From contig OY730414.1 in the NCBI GenBank assembly GCA_963422615.1, positions 1,178,001-1,242,000 of the forward strand: 64,000 bases of DNA, given 5' to 3'. The stretch comes from Longimicrobiales bacterium. Lineage in GTDB: Bacteria; Gemmatimonadota; Gemmatimonadetes; Longimicrobiales; Gaopeijiaceae. A program made the translations under genes and the position numbers. The first letter of the stretch is position 1, and every line of letters begins with the position of its first letter. The notes beneath the pieces were generated by a model. The model was not told the DNA's origin. It did no database searches and worked only from the letters and a program-made list of their open reading frames with translations. Below are positions 1-9,415 of this stretch, in pieces.

Positions 1-1197
1 GTTTAGCAACCGCCGGTAGCGGCTGCGCCCGACGATGTTGCCCTCGTCGTCCTTCCGGTCCCTTCCTTCGTTGCGGAAGTTGTGGGATTCGTCAATGACG
101 ATCAGGTCGAAGGCGCTCCAGTTGAACTTTGCAAGGTCGATGTTCCCTGACGTCCCCTTCGCGCGGCTCAGATCCGTGTGCGCGAGCACCGTGTAGCCCA
201 GCCGATCCTTCTCCAAAGGGTTGTGGCGGTATCCTGCCCAGGACGTGTAGCGTATCCAGTTCTCGCTCAGTCGCTTGGGGCAGAGGACAAGGACCCGTTC
301 GTTGCGCAGCTCGAAGAACTTGATCACGGCCAGGGCGGTCAGCGTCTTTCCCAGCCCGACGCTGTCGGCGACAATGCAGCCGTTGTGCGTGAGCAGGCGG
401 TTGATCGCGCTCACGGCGCCGTCCTTCTGGAAGGTGAAGAGCATCTTCCAGACGGCGGTGTCGTGAAGATGAACCGCCTCGACCAGTCCGTCCCGGACTT
501 GCCGTTCGGCGATCCGGTTTTCAAGGATGTGGAAGAGCGTCTTGTAGTAGACGAACTCCGGTGAGTAGTTTCTGCCGAGGCGCTCGAGGGCATCCAGGAC
601 GTCCTGTTTCGCGTCCCGGGTCAGGCGCGTGTCGTGCCACAAGTCGTCGAACCAGCGAAGAAGTCCTGCGCGTTCGGCTTCGTCCCGGACCACCAGATTC
701 AGTTCGATATTGGGGCTGGCGCCCAGGCCGAGACCCCTGCGGGTGAAGTTGGAGCTGCCCAGGAGGGCTGCGGTCTCCCCGGCGCCCCGAGCGACATGGT
801 AGAGCCTTCCGTGAAGGAAGTTGATCTTTTCTACCGTGCGGATGTCTGCCCGCTTCCGGATCCAGTTCGCGCACGCGCGGGCGAGGGGCTTTTGAGTCAG
901 CGCCTGCTTCAGCTCCAACCCGGCGGCGTCCGTTAGCCTGAATGCCTTGGCAACATCGTCGGTGGGGTCCGGCGCGCCCACACCGCGAGGGTCGCCATAG
1001 AGAAAACGCAAGTGACTTATGCCATCCAGCTCGGCGCGCAAGTCGGCGTAGGCGTAGATGGTGAAGTAGGCCGACACCACCGACATCCGCGCTCCGGGGT
1101 CGATTTCTCGGCGCAGAAAGTTCTCCACCTTTCGCACCCGGTTGTCAATGATCGCCGTGGTTTCCGGAGCGGGGTCCAGGGGAGTCGATGTGTGCAC
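1..1197 (-). CDS. PLD-domain/SNF2-type helicase (only the 5' part is in the window; runs off the left edge)
   Basis: Not in the ORF track; translated manually from GTG at 1197. Contains SAYFTIYAY, FLHGRLY...GSSNFT...NIELN (PLD-like), ADSVGLGKT (Walker A) and LIVIDESHNFRN (DExH). No stop before position 1. Confidence 0.85.
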   Translation of the reverse strand, partial: MHTSTPLDPAPETTAIIDNRVRKVENFLRREIDPGARMSVVSAYFTIYAYADLRAELDGISHLRFLYGDPRGVGAPDPTDDVAKAFRLTDAAGLELKQALTQKPLARACANWIRKRADIRTVEKINFLHGRLYHVARGAGETAALLGSSNFTRRGLGLGASPNIELNLVVRDEAERAGLLRWFDDLWHDTRLTRDAKQDVLDALERLGRNYSPEFVYYKTLFHILENRIAERQVRDGLVEAVHLHDTAVWKMLFTFQKDGAVSAINRLLTHNGCIVADSVGLGKTLTALAVIKFFELRNERVLVLCPKRLSENWIRYTSWAGYRHNPLEKDRLGYTVLAHTDLSRAKGTSGNIDLAKFNWSAFDLIVIDESHNFRNEGRDRKDDEGNIVGRSRYRRLLN

Positions 1198-1198
1198 T

Positions 1199-1864
1199 TC
1201 ACTCACTTTCCGGGAGAGACTGCCAATGCGTGAGGACTGCCTTCTCCGATAGCTCCGCCAAGTTCGTCCGGTAGCCGGAATGGCCGTTCCCGGTAATGGC
1301 TCCGATGCTCTTCAGCCACAACACACAGGCGGAAACCTGGTACTTGGGAACCGCCGCAACTCCCCGATGGATGTCATCTACCCTGAATCGATTCCCGTAC
1401 TGACCGTGTTCCGTGACCGTTTGCACAACGAGTCGAACCGTATTCCACGGCGTACGATGAAAGTACTCTTCACCCGTTTTCCTTCCCCATCCGACCTTGA
1501 CGAGCTTTTGGCCGTTCCTTTCGAATCGAGGGTACGTTGGTAGGACAGTCGACGGTCCTCTTCCGTCGGAGTGCGACTCATCTTGACCGGTCCCCTCGCC
1601 ATCATCCCCACCGGGGCCCTCGATTAGACCCTGGGTCAAGATCGCGATTGCGCTCGATATCTTGGCAGCAATCCGGTCCATCGCGGCGACTTCGGCGTGT
1701 TCGTGCTTCTCCAGGTTGGCGCTAATGAGTGCCTGGAGGGCCTTTCTTGCTTCCACGAGGATGCGATAAGCTTCGTTGACGTCGACTTTCACCTTGGAAG
1801 TATCTCCCGGTCGGACGTTTGCGCCTGGCCGCGTCGGGGGACGATGCGGATCCGGTCCGTGCAA
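1199..1864 (-). CDS. hypothetical protein with an uncharacterised C-terminal domain (possibly winged-helix-like)
   Basis: Stop abuts the helicase start. The C-terminal ~110 aa are homologous to the C-terminus of 59178..60353. True start may be GTG 1792. Confidence 0.75.
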   Translation of the reverse strand: MHGPDPHRPPTRPGANVRPGDTSKVKVDVNEAYRILVEARKALQALISANLEKHEHAEVAAMDRIAAKISSAIAILTQGLIEGPGGDDGEGTGQDESHSDGRGPSTVLPTYPRFERNGQKLVKVGWGRKTGEEYFHRTPWNTVRLVVQTVTEHGQYGNRFRVDDIHRGVAAVPKYQVSACVLWLKSIGAITGNGHSGYRTNLAELSEKAVLTHWQSLPESE

Positions 1865-1978
1865 ACAAATGGACTCCGCCCGATACGATTAGCCTCGCCT
1901 GCGTCGGTCCGAAAGATCTTCCCAGGTGGGTTGGCGTTGGCGGGTTGGTGCATGTGGTTGGCCCCGTAGGCTCACTTC

Positions 1979-2929
1979 TCACACGAGGAGCCTTGGCTGC
2001 TGTTGAGCGATCCGCCTGCGGGCCATCTCCACGTACTCCGGATCGATCTCGACACCTATACTGCTCCTGCCCGTGCGCATCGCCGCGACGGTTGTCGTCC
2101 CGGTGCCCAGAAACGGGTCAAGCACGGTGTCGCCCACGAAGGAGAACATCTGAACCAAGCGGAGGGGGAGTTCAAGGGGATAAGGTGCAGGGTGATCCCG
2201 CCTGGAGGCACCTGGGATCGTCCAAATCTGGCGAAACCACCTTCGGTGATTTGTGGCCGAAATCAAGCTCAGCGCCCGTGCCGCCGCGGAGGGATGACGG
2301 TATCCGCCCGGTTTTCGCTGCATCAAGATGAACTCAATGTCATTTTTAATGATCGCGTTGGGCTCGTATGGCTTTCCCATGAAACCGCTGCTTCCGGCTT
2401 CGTATGTCGCGTTAGCGATCTTGTGCCAGATGATTGGAGCCAAGTTATCGAAACCCAGTCGCCGACACGACTCCTGGATGCTTGCGTGCAAGGGAACTAC
2501 CACATGGCGGCCATGGCGACGCCTGGAAAGGCAGACGTCCCCCACCACGATGACCAGCCGTCCGCCAGGAACCAAAACGCGATAGCACTCGCTCCAGCAC
2601 CGGCCCAACTCCGACACAAATGACTCGTAATTCCCGACTGTTCCCAGCTGACTTGGCGTATCATTGTACTTCTTCAGGTTCCAGTACGGTGGAGAGGTGA
2701 CGACGAGATGGACGGACCGACTCGGGAACGCAGAAAGGTCTCGACTGTCGCCTTGGATGATCCGGTGGTTGGAAACCACTTCGTGGACGGCGGCCGCGAC
2801 CCTTGCCGAGTATTCCGGGTTTCTGGCCATGCCGGGTAGCGCAGTCTTCAGCGATGCCTCCGATAACACAAGACCGGGCAGGTGCCGCTCAACGAGCTTG
2901 TCCAGGGCGGGAACCTCGGCCGGTGTCAT
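1979..2929 (-). CDS. DNA methyltransferase, N4/N6 beta class (SPPY suggests m4C)
   Basis: VVTSPPYW catalytic motif lies N-terminal to the VLDPFLGTGTT SAM-binding motif; HPAPYP present; ATGA overlap with the upstream endonuclease gene. Confidence 0.93.
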   Translation of the reverse strand: MTPAEVPALDKLVERHLPGLVLSEASLKTALPGMARNPEYSARVAAAVHEVVSNHRIIQGDSRDLSAFPSRSVHLVVTSPPYWNLKKYNDTPSQLGTVGNYESFVSELGRCWSECYRVLVPGGRLVIVVGDVCLSRRRHGRHVVVPLHASIQESCRRLGFDNLAPIIWHKIANATYEAGSSGFMGKPYEPNAIIKNDIEFILMQRKPGGYRHPSAAARALSLISATNHRRWFRQIWTIPGASRRDHPAPYPLELPLRLVQMFSFVGDTVLDPFLGTGTTTVAAMRTGRSSIGVEIDPEYVEMARRRIAQQQPRLLV

Positions 2930-3531
2930 ACGCTCAAATCACCCAACACGGGATTGCGCTCTTTGACATCGGCAACGAGCCTGTCGAAAAAAGGTGATAG
3001 GTCTTCCTCACCTGAGACTATCGTCGGACCCGAGGAGAAATCGACTGAAATGACCGAGGACGCCTCAATCATACCGGTTCCCCAGGACGGCGGTCTTCGT
3101 CCCGTCAGCCGATTGATACGCCGCTTCAACAATTCTGCCCAGGTGCAACCGTGGCGTGCACTGTGAGAATCGGTGGCTATGTCGAACAGCATAATGTAGC
3201 CTATCACGATCTCCGGTGATTGCATCTGCAGATTGGCAACTTCGCCGATCATGTCATCAACGCGATTGGGAACGGTCCCGCCGAGATTCTTGAGAAGTGA
3301 TTTAAGGGATATCGCCAGCCGATACTTGCTATTCAGATTCCAGGCAACATCCCAAACTTTGCTTCGTCCACCCCCTGGGATCTTCGCCTCGGTTACTGCG
3401 CCAACGAGCCCACGCTTTGCGAGCTCTCTGATGCAGAAACCTGCCAACCCGTCCAGCCGCTTCGTAGAAGTTGCCTTAGCCTCCACCACCGCCTTCTCAT
3501 ACAGGGAGTCAACAGCATCTTGGATCGTCAA
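2926..3531 (-). CDS. putative Type II restriction endonuclease (PD-(D/E)XK fold, resembles the XhoI/PaeR7I family)
   Basis: KVWDVA...ISLKS...NRVDDMIGEVANL...IGYIML pattern; coupled to the MTase. Start set at TTG 3531 (GGAG upstream) rather than the ORF-track start 3813. Confidence 0.7.
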   Translation of the reverse strand: MTIQDAVDSLYEKAVVEAKATSTKRLDGLAGFCIRELAKRGLVGAVTEAKIPGGGRSKVWDVAWNLNSKYRLAISLKSLLKNLGGTVPNRVDDMIGEVANLQMQSPEIVIGYIMLFDIATDSHSARHGCTWAELLKRRINRLTGRRPPSWGTGMIEASSVISVDFSSGPTIVSGEEDLSPFFDRLVADVKERNPVLGDLSV

Positions 3532-3923
3532 GGGTAGGCTCCGTTCCAACGGGCCCGGAGAAGAAGGGGCTGGGGTGAAGTCTGGACAGTCCCGTTCGTT
3601 CCTGGCATTCCGTTGCTCATCCGGGTCTTCAACAGAGGTGGTGAGAAACACGCCCCTCCCGACACATGCCATACAGGTTCCTATAGTACGGCATTGGGAC
3701 GCGGCCCGACAAATCGGATGCGTGGCGTCCCCGGGATCCGGTTCGCCGGATCTTCTAAGCGGTCGGGTAGGGATCCAGTGCGCCGACGCCGTCGACACGG
3801 TGCCACATAACATACCGCGATTCCTCCTGCAGGCCCCCCGCTCTTGCCCGCGGCGGTCCGGGACTTCATGGTGACGACCGCAGCCTCGCTCATTTTCCGC
3901 TCTGCCAAGGTTAAGGGTCGCCC

Positions 3924-5696
3924 ATGCAACTCAGCTCCCTGGACTGGATCGTCATTGTCTTGTATGGCTTGGTCGCCGTGGCGATCGGCCTCCGCTTCGC
4001 CAGGCGGGCGGGCTCGGGGGCCGGCGAGTTCTTCCTCTCGGGAAGGAAGCTGCCGTGGTGGCTCCTGGGAACGTCCATGGTGGCGACGACCTTTTCCACC
4101 GACACGCCCAACCTGGTGGCGGACTTCGTGCGGGGCGGGGGCGTCGCCCGGAACTGGTCCTGGTGGGCGTTCCTGATCACCGGGATGTGCACGGTCTTCT
4201 TCTACGCCAAGCTGTGGCGGAGGTCGGGGGCGCTCACCGACGTCGAGTTCTACGAGCTGCGCTACTCCGGCCGCCCGGCCGCCTTTCTGCGGGGCTTTCG
4301 CGCCCTTTACCTGGGCGTCTTCTACAACGTCATGATCATCGCCACCGTGACCCTGGCGGCGACCAAGATCGGGGGCGTCCTACTTGGTCTGGACCCCGTG
4401 ACGACGGTCTTGATCGCCGGGTCCGTGACCCTGCTCTACTCGGCCACGTCGGGGCTCTGGGGCGTGGTCGTGACCGATCTGATCCTTTTCGTCGTTGCCA
4501 TGACCGGTTCTGTGGCGGCGGCGTTCTTCGCCCTCCAGCAGCCCGAGGTCGGAGGGCTCGCCGGCCTCGCCTCCAACCCGGATATCCGGGCAGCGATGAA
4601 CTTCTTCCCCGATTTTTCGGACTGGAGCACCGTCGCGGCGATCTTCATCATCCCCGTCGCGGTCCAGTGGTGGAGCGCCTGGTACCCGGGCGCCGAGCCC
4701 GGCGGTGGCGGCTATGTGGCCCAGCGGATGCTGGCCGCCAGGAATGAAAAGGAGTCGGTGAAGGCCACCCTGTGGTTCAACATCGCCCACTACGGGCTCC
4801 GTCCCTGGCCGTGGATCATCGTGGCCCTATGCTCGATGGCCGTGTACCCGGAGCTCTCCGACATCCAGGCCCGCTTCCCGAACCTCGACCCCTCCCTGGT
4901 AGGCAACGACCTGGCCTACCCGGCCATGCTCGTCTTTCTCCCCGCGGGGTTGCTAGGGTTGGTCGTGGCATCGCTTGCGGCGGCATACATGTCCACGATC
5001 AGCACCCAGCTCAACTGGGGGTCGTCGTACGTCGTCAACGACTTCTACCGGCGCTTCGTGAACCCGGGTGCCGACGACCGCCGGCTCGTGGCCGCGGGAC
5101 GGCTCTCTACGGCGGGGCTGATGGTGATCGGGGCCTTCGTCGGGCTCCAGCTCGACACCGCGGGGCAGGGATTCCAAATCCTCCTTCAGATCGGCGCCGG
5201 AACGGGCTTGGTCTTCCTTCTTCGCTGGTTCTGGTACCGGGTCAACGTCTGGAGCGAGCTGGCCGGGATGACGATTTCGTTCCTGGTGGCGATCTACTTC
5301 GCGTGGTTCCACGAGGCGCTGGGATTCGCTCCCCTGTCCGGTTGGCAGCAGCTCCTCGTCGGCGTGGCTGTAACGACAGTGGGGTGGCTGGCGGTCACCT
5401 TGGTGACGCCCCCGGCGGACCTGGAAACCCTCCAGCGCTTCTACGACAAGATCCGGCCCATGGGCAGGGGGTGGAGGCGGGTCGTGGATGCCGGAAAGGG
5501 TGACGGGGACCCGGAGTCCGTCACCGCTGCGTTCCTCGCCTGGTTCCTGGGGTGTGTGCTCGTGTACGGGGTCCTCTTCGGGACCGGGTACGTGCTGTAC
5601 GGACGTCCGGTGGCCGGTGTCCTGGCTTTGAGTGTATCGGCCGGGGCCGCTGCCTGGCTCTTCCGTCTCCTGCCCCGCATCGGCTTCTCGGATTGA
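3924..5696 (+). CDS. sodium:solute symporter family protein
   Basis: FFLSGRKLPWW, TSMVATTF, QRMLAA, AAYMSTISTQLN motifs; many hydrophobic helices. Confidence 0.95.
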   Translation: MQLSSLDWIVIVLYGLVAVAIGLRFARRAGSGAGEFFLSGRKLPWWLLGTSMVATTFSTDTPNLVADFVRGGGVARNWSWWAFLITGMCTVFFYAKLWRRSGALTDVEFYELRYSGRPAAFLRGFRALYLGVFYNVMIIATVTLAATKIGGVLLGLDPVTTVLIAGSVTLLYSATSGLWGVVVTDLILFVVAMTGSVAAAFFALQQPEVGGLAGLASNPDIRAAMNFFPDFSDWSTVAAIFIIPVAVQWWSAWYPGAEPGGGGYVAQRMLAARNEKESVKATLWFNIAHYGLRPWPWIIVALCSMAVYPELSDIQARFPNLDPSLVGNDLAYPAMLVFLPAGLLGLVVASLAAAYMSTISTQLNWGSSYVVNDFYRRFVNPGADDRRLVAAGRLSTAGLMVIGAFVGLQLDTAGQGFQILLQIGAGTGLVFLLRWFWYRVNVWSELAGMTISFLVAIYFAWFHEALGFAPLSGWQQLLVGVAVTTVGWLAVTLVTPPADLETLQRFYDKIRPMGRGWRRVVDAGKGDGDPESVTAAFLAWFLGCVLVYGVLFGTGYVLYGRPVAGVLALSVSAGAAAWLFRLLPRIGFSD

Positions 5697-7077
5697 GCGG
5701 TCCGCAGGAAGGGCTTCCTTGAGCGGAACCGGCCGCCCCGCCCCTTCGAGAAGGTCCTCACACCATATCGTCCCCCGCCGCCGCTGGCGGGCGCTGGCGC
5801 CGGGTCGGGTCAACCTGATCGGGGAGCACACGGACCACAACGGCTTACCAGTGCTTCCCATGGCCTTGGACCGGGAGGTGCGGATCGACTTCACGGTGCT
5901 GGAAGAGCCCGTGGTCCGCCTGGCCGCCGCTGCCTCCGAATTCCGCCCGTTCGGGTTTCGCCTGGACGGCCGGATCCAGCGAGCGACCCGGGGGGACTGG
6001 TCGAACTACGTCCGGGCCGCTGCCCGGGGCCTACGGCACAGAGGACTTTTCCTGGAGCGAGGCATTGAGGGGGTCGTCGAAGGGAACGTACCCGTGGCCT
6101 CGGGTCTTTCCTCCTCTTCGGCCCTGGTGGTGGCCTCGGCATTGGCGCTCCTGAAGGCGAATGACGAGATGGTTCCCGCCCTGGAGCTCGCGGCCCTGAT
6201 GGCGAAGGCCGAGCGCTTCACCGGGTTGGAGGGGGGCGGCATGGACCAGGCGGCGTGCCTCTGCGGCGTCGGGGGCCATGCCCTGCGGATCGACTTCGAC
6301 CCCCTCCGGGTAACGCCCGTGGTCGTGCCGAAGGGGTGGACGTGGGTCGTGGCTTCGTCTCTGGTGCGGGCCGAAAAATCCCGTGGCGCCCAGGAGGCGT
6401 ACAACGTTCGGGCCCGGGAGTGCAAGGAAGCGCTGGCCCGGGTCCGGGGGGTGCTGGGCGGGCGTCGGGGGGGTTCCGGCGGGTCCGATAGTGGGGCGTC
6501 AGCCGACGGTGTTGGGGATCAGTCCCGCCGGAACATGCTGGCGTCCCGCGCGGCTGCGCGTTTACAGAGCAAGGTACGCCAGCGAAACCCGGGCCGCTCC
6601 TACCGGGAGTTGTTGGTTGCCTTCGGCCCGGACGAGCTGTTGGACGTCGGAGAGCGGATTCTGGGGCCGGCGCACTTTCGCCGCTTTCGCCACGTGGTCA
6701 CCGAGGCAAAGCGGGTTGACCTTGCGGTTGACGCCATGCGCGCAGGAAAGATGGCCGAATTCGGCGCCCTCATGATTCAGTCGCACCAGAGCCTCCGGGA
6801 CGACTACCAGGTGAGCACGGCGGCGCTGGACGAGATCGTTTCGGTGGCCCTGGAGGCGGGAGCGGTGGGAGCGAGACTCACCGGGGCCGGCTTCGGGGGG
6901 TGTGCTGTCGCCTTGTGCGAACGCGAAGCCGCACCGGCCGTGACCACCGCGCTGGCCGAACGATTCTACGCGAAGCGCATTCCCGGGCCGGTGCCCGCCG
7001 ATGTGCTCTTTCTGGCCCGTCCGGCCGCGGGCGCAAGGGTGGATAGAGGGCGGGGGGTAGGAGTGTCGAGGGTCTGA
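5632..7077 (+). CDS. galK: galactokinase
   Basis: APGRVNLIGEHTDHN, PVASGLSSSSA (GHMP ATP motif), GGMDQ, GARLTGAGFGG. True start probably nearer 5693-5720. Confidence 0.92.
   Translation: MYRPGPLPGSSVSCPASASRIERSAGRASLSGTGRPAPSRRSSHHIVPRRRWRALAPGRVNLIGEHTDHNGLPVLPMALDREVRIDFTVLEEPVVRLAAAASEFRPFGFRLDGRIQRATRGDWSNYVRAAARGLRHRGLFLERGIEGVVEGNVPVASGLSSSSALVVASALALLKANDEMVPALELAALMAKAERFTGLEGGGMDQAACLCGVGGHALRIDFDPLRVTPVVVPKGWTWVVASSLVRAEKSRGAQEAYNVRARECKEALARVRGVLGGRRGGSGGSDSGASADGVGDQSRRNMLASRAAARLQSKVRQRNPGRSYRELLVAFGPDELLDVGERILGPAHFRRFRHVVTEAKRVDLAVDAMRAGKMAEFGALMIQSHQSLRDDYQVSTAALDEIVSVALEAGAVGARLTGAGFGGCAVALCEREAAPAVTTALAERFYAKRIPGPVPADVLFLARPAAGARVDRGRGVGVSRV
6900..7043 (+). repeat. 144-bp direct repeat, copy 1 (galK 3' end)
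   Basis: Matches 8598-8741 with 4 mismatches by manual alignment. Confidence 0.95.
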
Positions 7078-7152
7078 ATCGCCCCGGGACTCAAGGCATT
7101 CCGAGAGACGGCTAACGGTTCAAGAGGGTGATACAGCCCGGCTGGGTGCTCC

Positions 7153-7237
7153 AGGGCGTCGTCGTGGTGCCCCGAGACCCGGGACCCGTCACCGCGTCCT
7201 CCAGGTGGGGCACATGTCTTCCCCGAGCCGCTCGGTC
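7153..7237 (-). repeat. degenerate copy of part of the 3' end of the TolB-like/TPR gene
   Basis: Aligns to 10217-10299 at about 80% with small indels; shared blocks tcgtcgtggtgcccc and ctccaggtgggg. Confidence 0.8.
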
Positions 7238-7341
7238 TATGTTTGTGTCGTTTCCGCTACTCCCAGTAGCTGCCTAGCTTCTCCCCGACGGCGTATCGGC
7301 CACACCCAAGCAACCACAGTCCACCATGGAGCCGACTGACT

Positions 7342-8511
7342 ATGGCAACCGACCGGCGACAGTTCTTCAAGACGACGGTAACCGCGGGAAGCGCCCTCTT
7401 TGCAGGAGTGGCCGCACCCGTCAACCTCCCGGCTGAACTCCGAAAACCACCTCCCCAGAAAGAGGGCTCTCGGTCCGCTCCCTCTGTCCGGGCCCTCCGG
7501 ATCCTCATTCTGGGCGGCACCAGCTTCATCGGTCCCCACCAGGTGGAGTACGCCCTCTCACGGGGCCACGAAGTCACCCTCTTCAACCGAGGCCGCACCA
7601 ATTCCCACTTGTTCCCGCAGCTGGAGAAGCTGGTCGGTGACCGGAACGGCGACCTCCGGGCTCTGGAAGGACGGAGCTGGGACGTGGTGATCGACAACTC
7701 GGCCATCAATCCGGCCTGGGTCAAGCGCAGCGCCTCTCTCCTGAAGAACTCGTGCGAACGGTACGTCTTCGTGTCCACCCGGTCGGTGTACGCCGACACG
7801 AGCCGGGTTCCCATGTCGGTGGCGGCACCGGTGTGGACGTACGCGTTGGCCGGCGTGCAACCGGGTGCGGAGCGGCTCCCTTACGGACTGAGCAAGGCTT
7901 TGGCGGAACAGCATGCCCGCGACGCCTTCGGTGTGGACCGGAGTCTGATCTTCCGGCCCGGCCTGATCATAGGTCCGGGAGACACCACGGACCGCTTCAC
8001 CTACTGGCCCGTTCGCATCCACCGGGGCGGAGAAGTGCTGGCTCCCGGTGACGGCACGGACCCGGTGCAGATCATCGATGTGCGGGACTTCGGCGAATGG
8101 CTGGTGCGCATGGCCGAAGTCGGGGAGTCCGGGACCTACAACGTGGTTGGCCCCCGCACCCCTCGGCCCATGGCCGAGCTCCTGTACGGGATCCGCGCGG
8201 TCACAACCGCCGAGACGACGTTCACCTGGGTGGACACGGACTTCGCCGTCAACGCTGGGTTGCGGCCGTACCGCGAACTGCCCGTCTGGCGCCCGGCCCG
8301 GGACGGCGCAGAGGGCTTTGCCCGTTTTGACCTGACGCCGGAGGTGGAGAAGGGCCTGACCTTCAGATCGCTCGCGGAGACGACGGCGGCGACACTAGAG
8401 TACCACTTCTCCAGACCCCCCGAACGGCAGGCCGAAGTGCGGGCGGGCGTGAGCCCAGGACGGGAAGAGGAGGTGCTCAACCTGTGGCATGCCTTCCGGC
8501 GGGCGGAGTAG
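7342..8511 (+). CDS. NAD-dependent epimerase/dehydratase family protein with Tat signal
   Basis: DRRQFFK twin-arginine motif, ILGGTSFIG Rossmann motif, YGLSK (YxxxK). Confidence 0.9.
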   Translation: MATDRRQFFKTTVTAGSALFAGVAAPVNLPAELRKPPPQKEGSRSAPSVRALRILILGGTSFIGPHQVEYALSRGHEVTLFNRGRTNSHLFPQLEKLVGDRNGDLRALEGRSWDVVIDNSAINPAWVKRSASLLKNSCERYVFVSTRSVYADTSRVPMSVAAPVWTYALAGVQPGAERLPYGLSKALAEQHARDAFGVDRSLIFRPGLIIGPGDTTDRFTYWPVRIHRGGEVLAPGDGTDPVQIIDVRDFGEWLVRMAEVGESGTYNVVGPRTPRPMAELLYGIRAVTTAETTFTWVDTDFAVNAGLRPYRELPVWRPARDGAEGFARFDLTPEVEKGLTFRSLAETTAATLEYHFSRPPERQAEVRAGVSPGREEEVLNLWHAFRRAE

Positions 8512-8597
8512 ATTCGTTCCCAAGGTGGCGGGCGCACGGGTGGAATGAGGTTAGGGCGCTGGATTAACTTCATTGGGGCGACCAGTCCACATTCAGT

Positions 8598-8741
8598 GTG
8601 TGCTGTCGCCTTGTGCGAACGGGAAGCCGCGCCGGCCGTGACCACCGCGCTGGCCGAGCGATTCTACGCGAAGCGCATTCCCGGGCCGGTGCCCGCCGAT
8701 GTGCTCTTTCTGGCGCGTCCGGCCGCGGGCGCAAGGGTGGA
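8598..8741 (+). repeat. 144-bp direct repeat, copy 2 (orphan galK 3' fragment)
   Basis: Encodes CAVALCEREAAP...ARV identical to the galK C-terminus; all 4 differences are synonymous third positions. Confidence 0.95.
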
Positions 8742-8890
8742 GTCTCTACGGGCGCAATGGACGAAATCGGGGCCAGGCCGCACTTGGAGGGGCTCATGAT
8801 AAATCGCTAAATCAATAGGGATCATGGGCCTTTCCGAAAAGGGCTTATGTATTGGGTTTGGCAGGAAGGGCTGCGAGCCCCGCGGAGCCG

Positions 8891-9415
8891 TCACCCCCGA
8901 GCCGAGCCTACCTTCCGCCGCCCAACAAGCGGCTCATTCCAACCGAGAAACGACGTCGGCATAATATTGCCAAGCTCAAGAGAACGATCATCTTGCGCAA
9001 AAAAGGTTTCGCCACAATCGGAGCACAAGCCGAGTGTTTCAATGCCCGCACTGTGAACACGTAAGGCACAGCCGACATAAGATTCCAAGCCACACTCCGC
9101 GCACTCCCCCATCTTGCGATAGGTACATATTGCTCGACTCCGCTCGGGATTGAACTTGTCAGGTTTCACTTCCAAGATCTGAGCTAACCGCACTTCCACC
9201 GGAGCCGAGCCAAGAGAAGAACGCGCGTACGCCGCCGAGCCTTCCAGCGACAGCCTTACATTCCACTCGGGATAATTGCCATAGAGCAACACCGCCACGA
9301 ACCACCTATTTTTTTTCCGCACCTCGGTCACCACATCTTCCCATTCCACCGTTACGAGCTTGCGCCGCTGAGCCCAGCCCCGGATCCACCGGAGAATCAG
9401 TCTCAGCGGGTCCAC
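8891..9415 (-). CDS. hypothetical protein with CxxC...CxxC (possible zinc ribbon)
   Basis: 174-aa ORF in a visibly AT-richer stretch; CAEC and CSDC motifs. Confidence 0.5.
   Translation of the reverse strand: MDPLRLILRWIRGWAQRRKLVTVEWEDVVTEVRKKNRWFVAVLLYGNYPEWNVRLSLEGSAAYARSSLGSAPVEVRLAQILEVKPDKFNPERSRAICTYRKMGECAECGLESYVGCALRVHSAGIETLGLCSDCGETFFAQDDRSLELGNIMPTSFLGWNEPLVGRRKVGSARG

Noticed and set aside
8521..8597. Possible decayed galK 5' motif (GRWINFIG versus GRVNLIG) before the repeat copy
   Set aside because: The similarity is too short to distinguish from chance by eye.
6900..8741. galK repeat pair as a diversity-generating retroelement TR/VR
   Set aside because: Mismatches are synonymous and include C/G changes rather than being adenine-specific, and there is no reverse transcriptase in the window.
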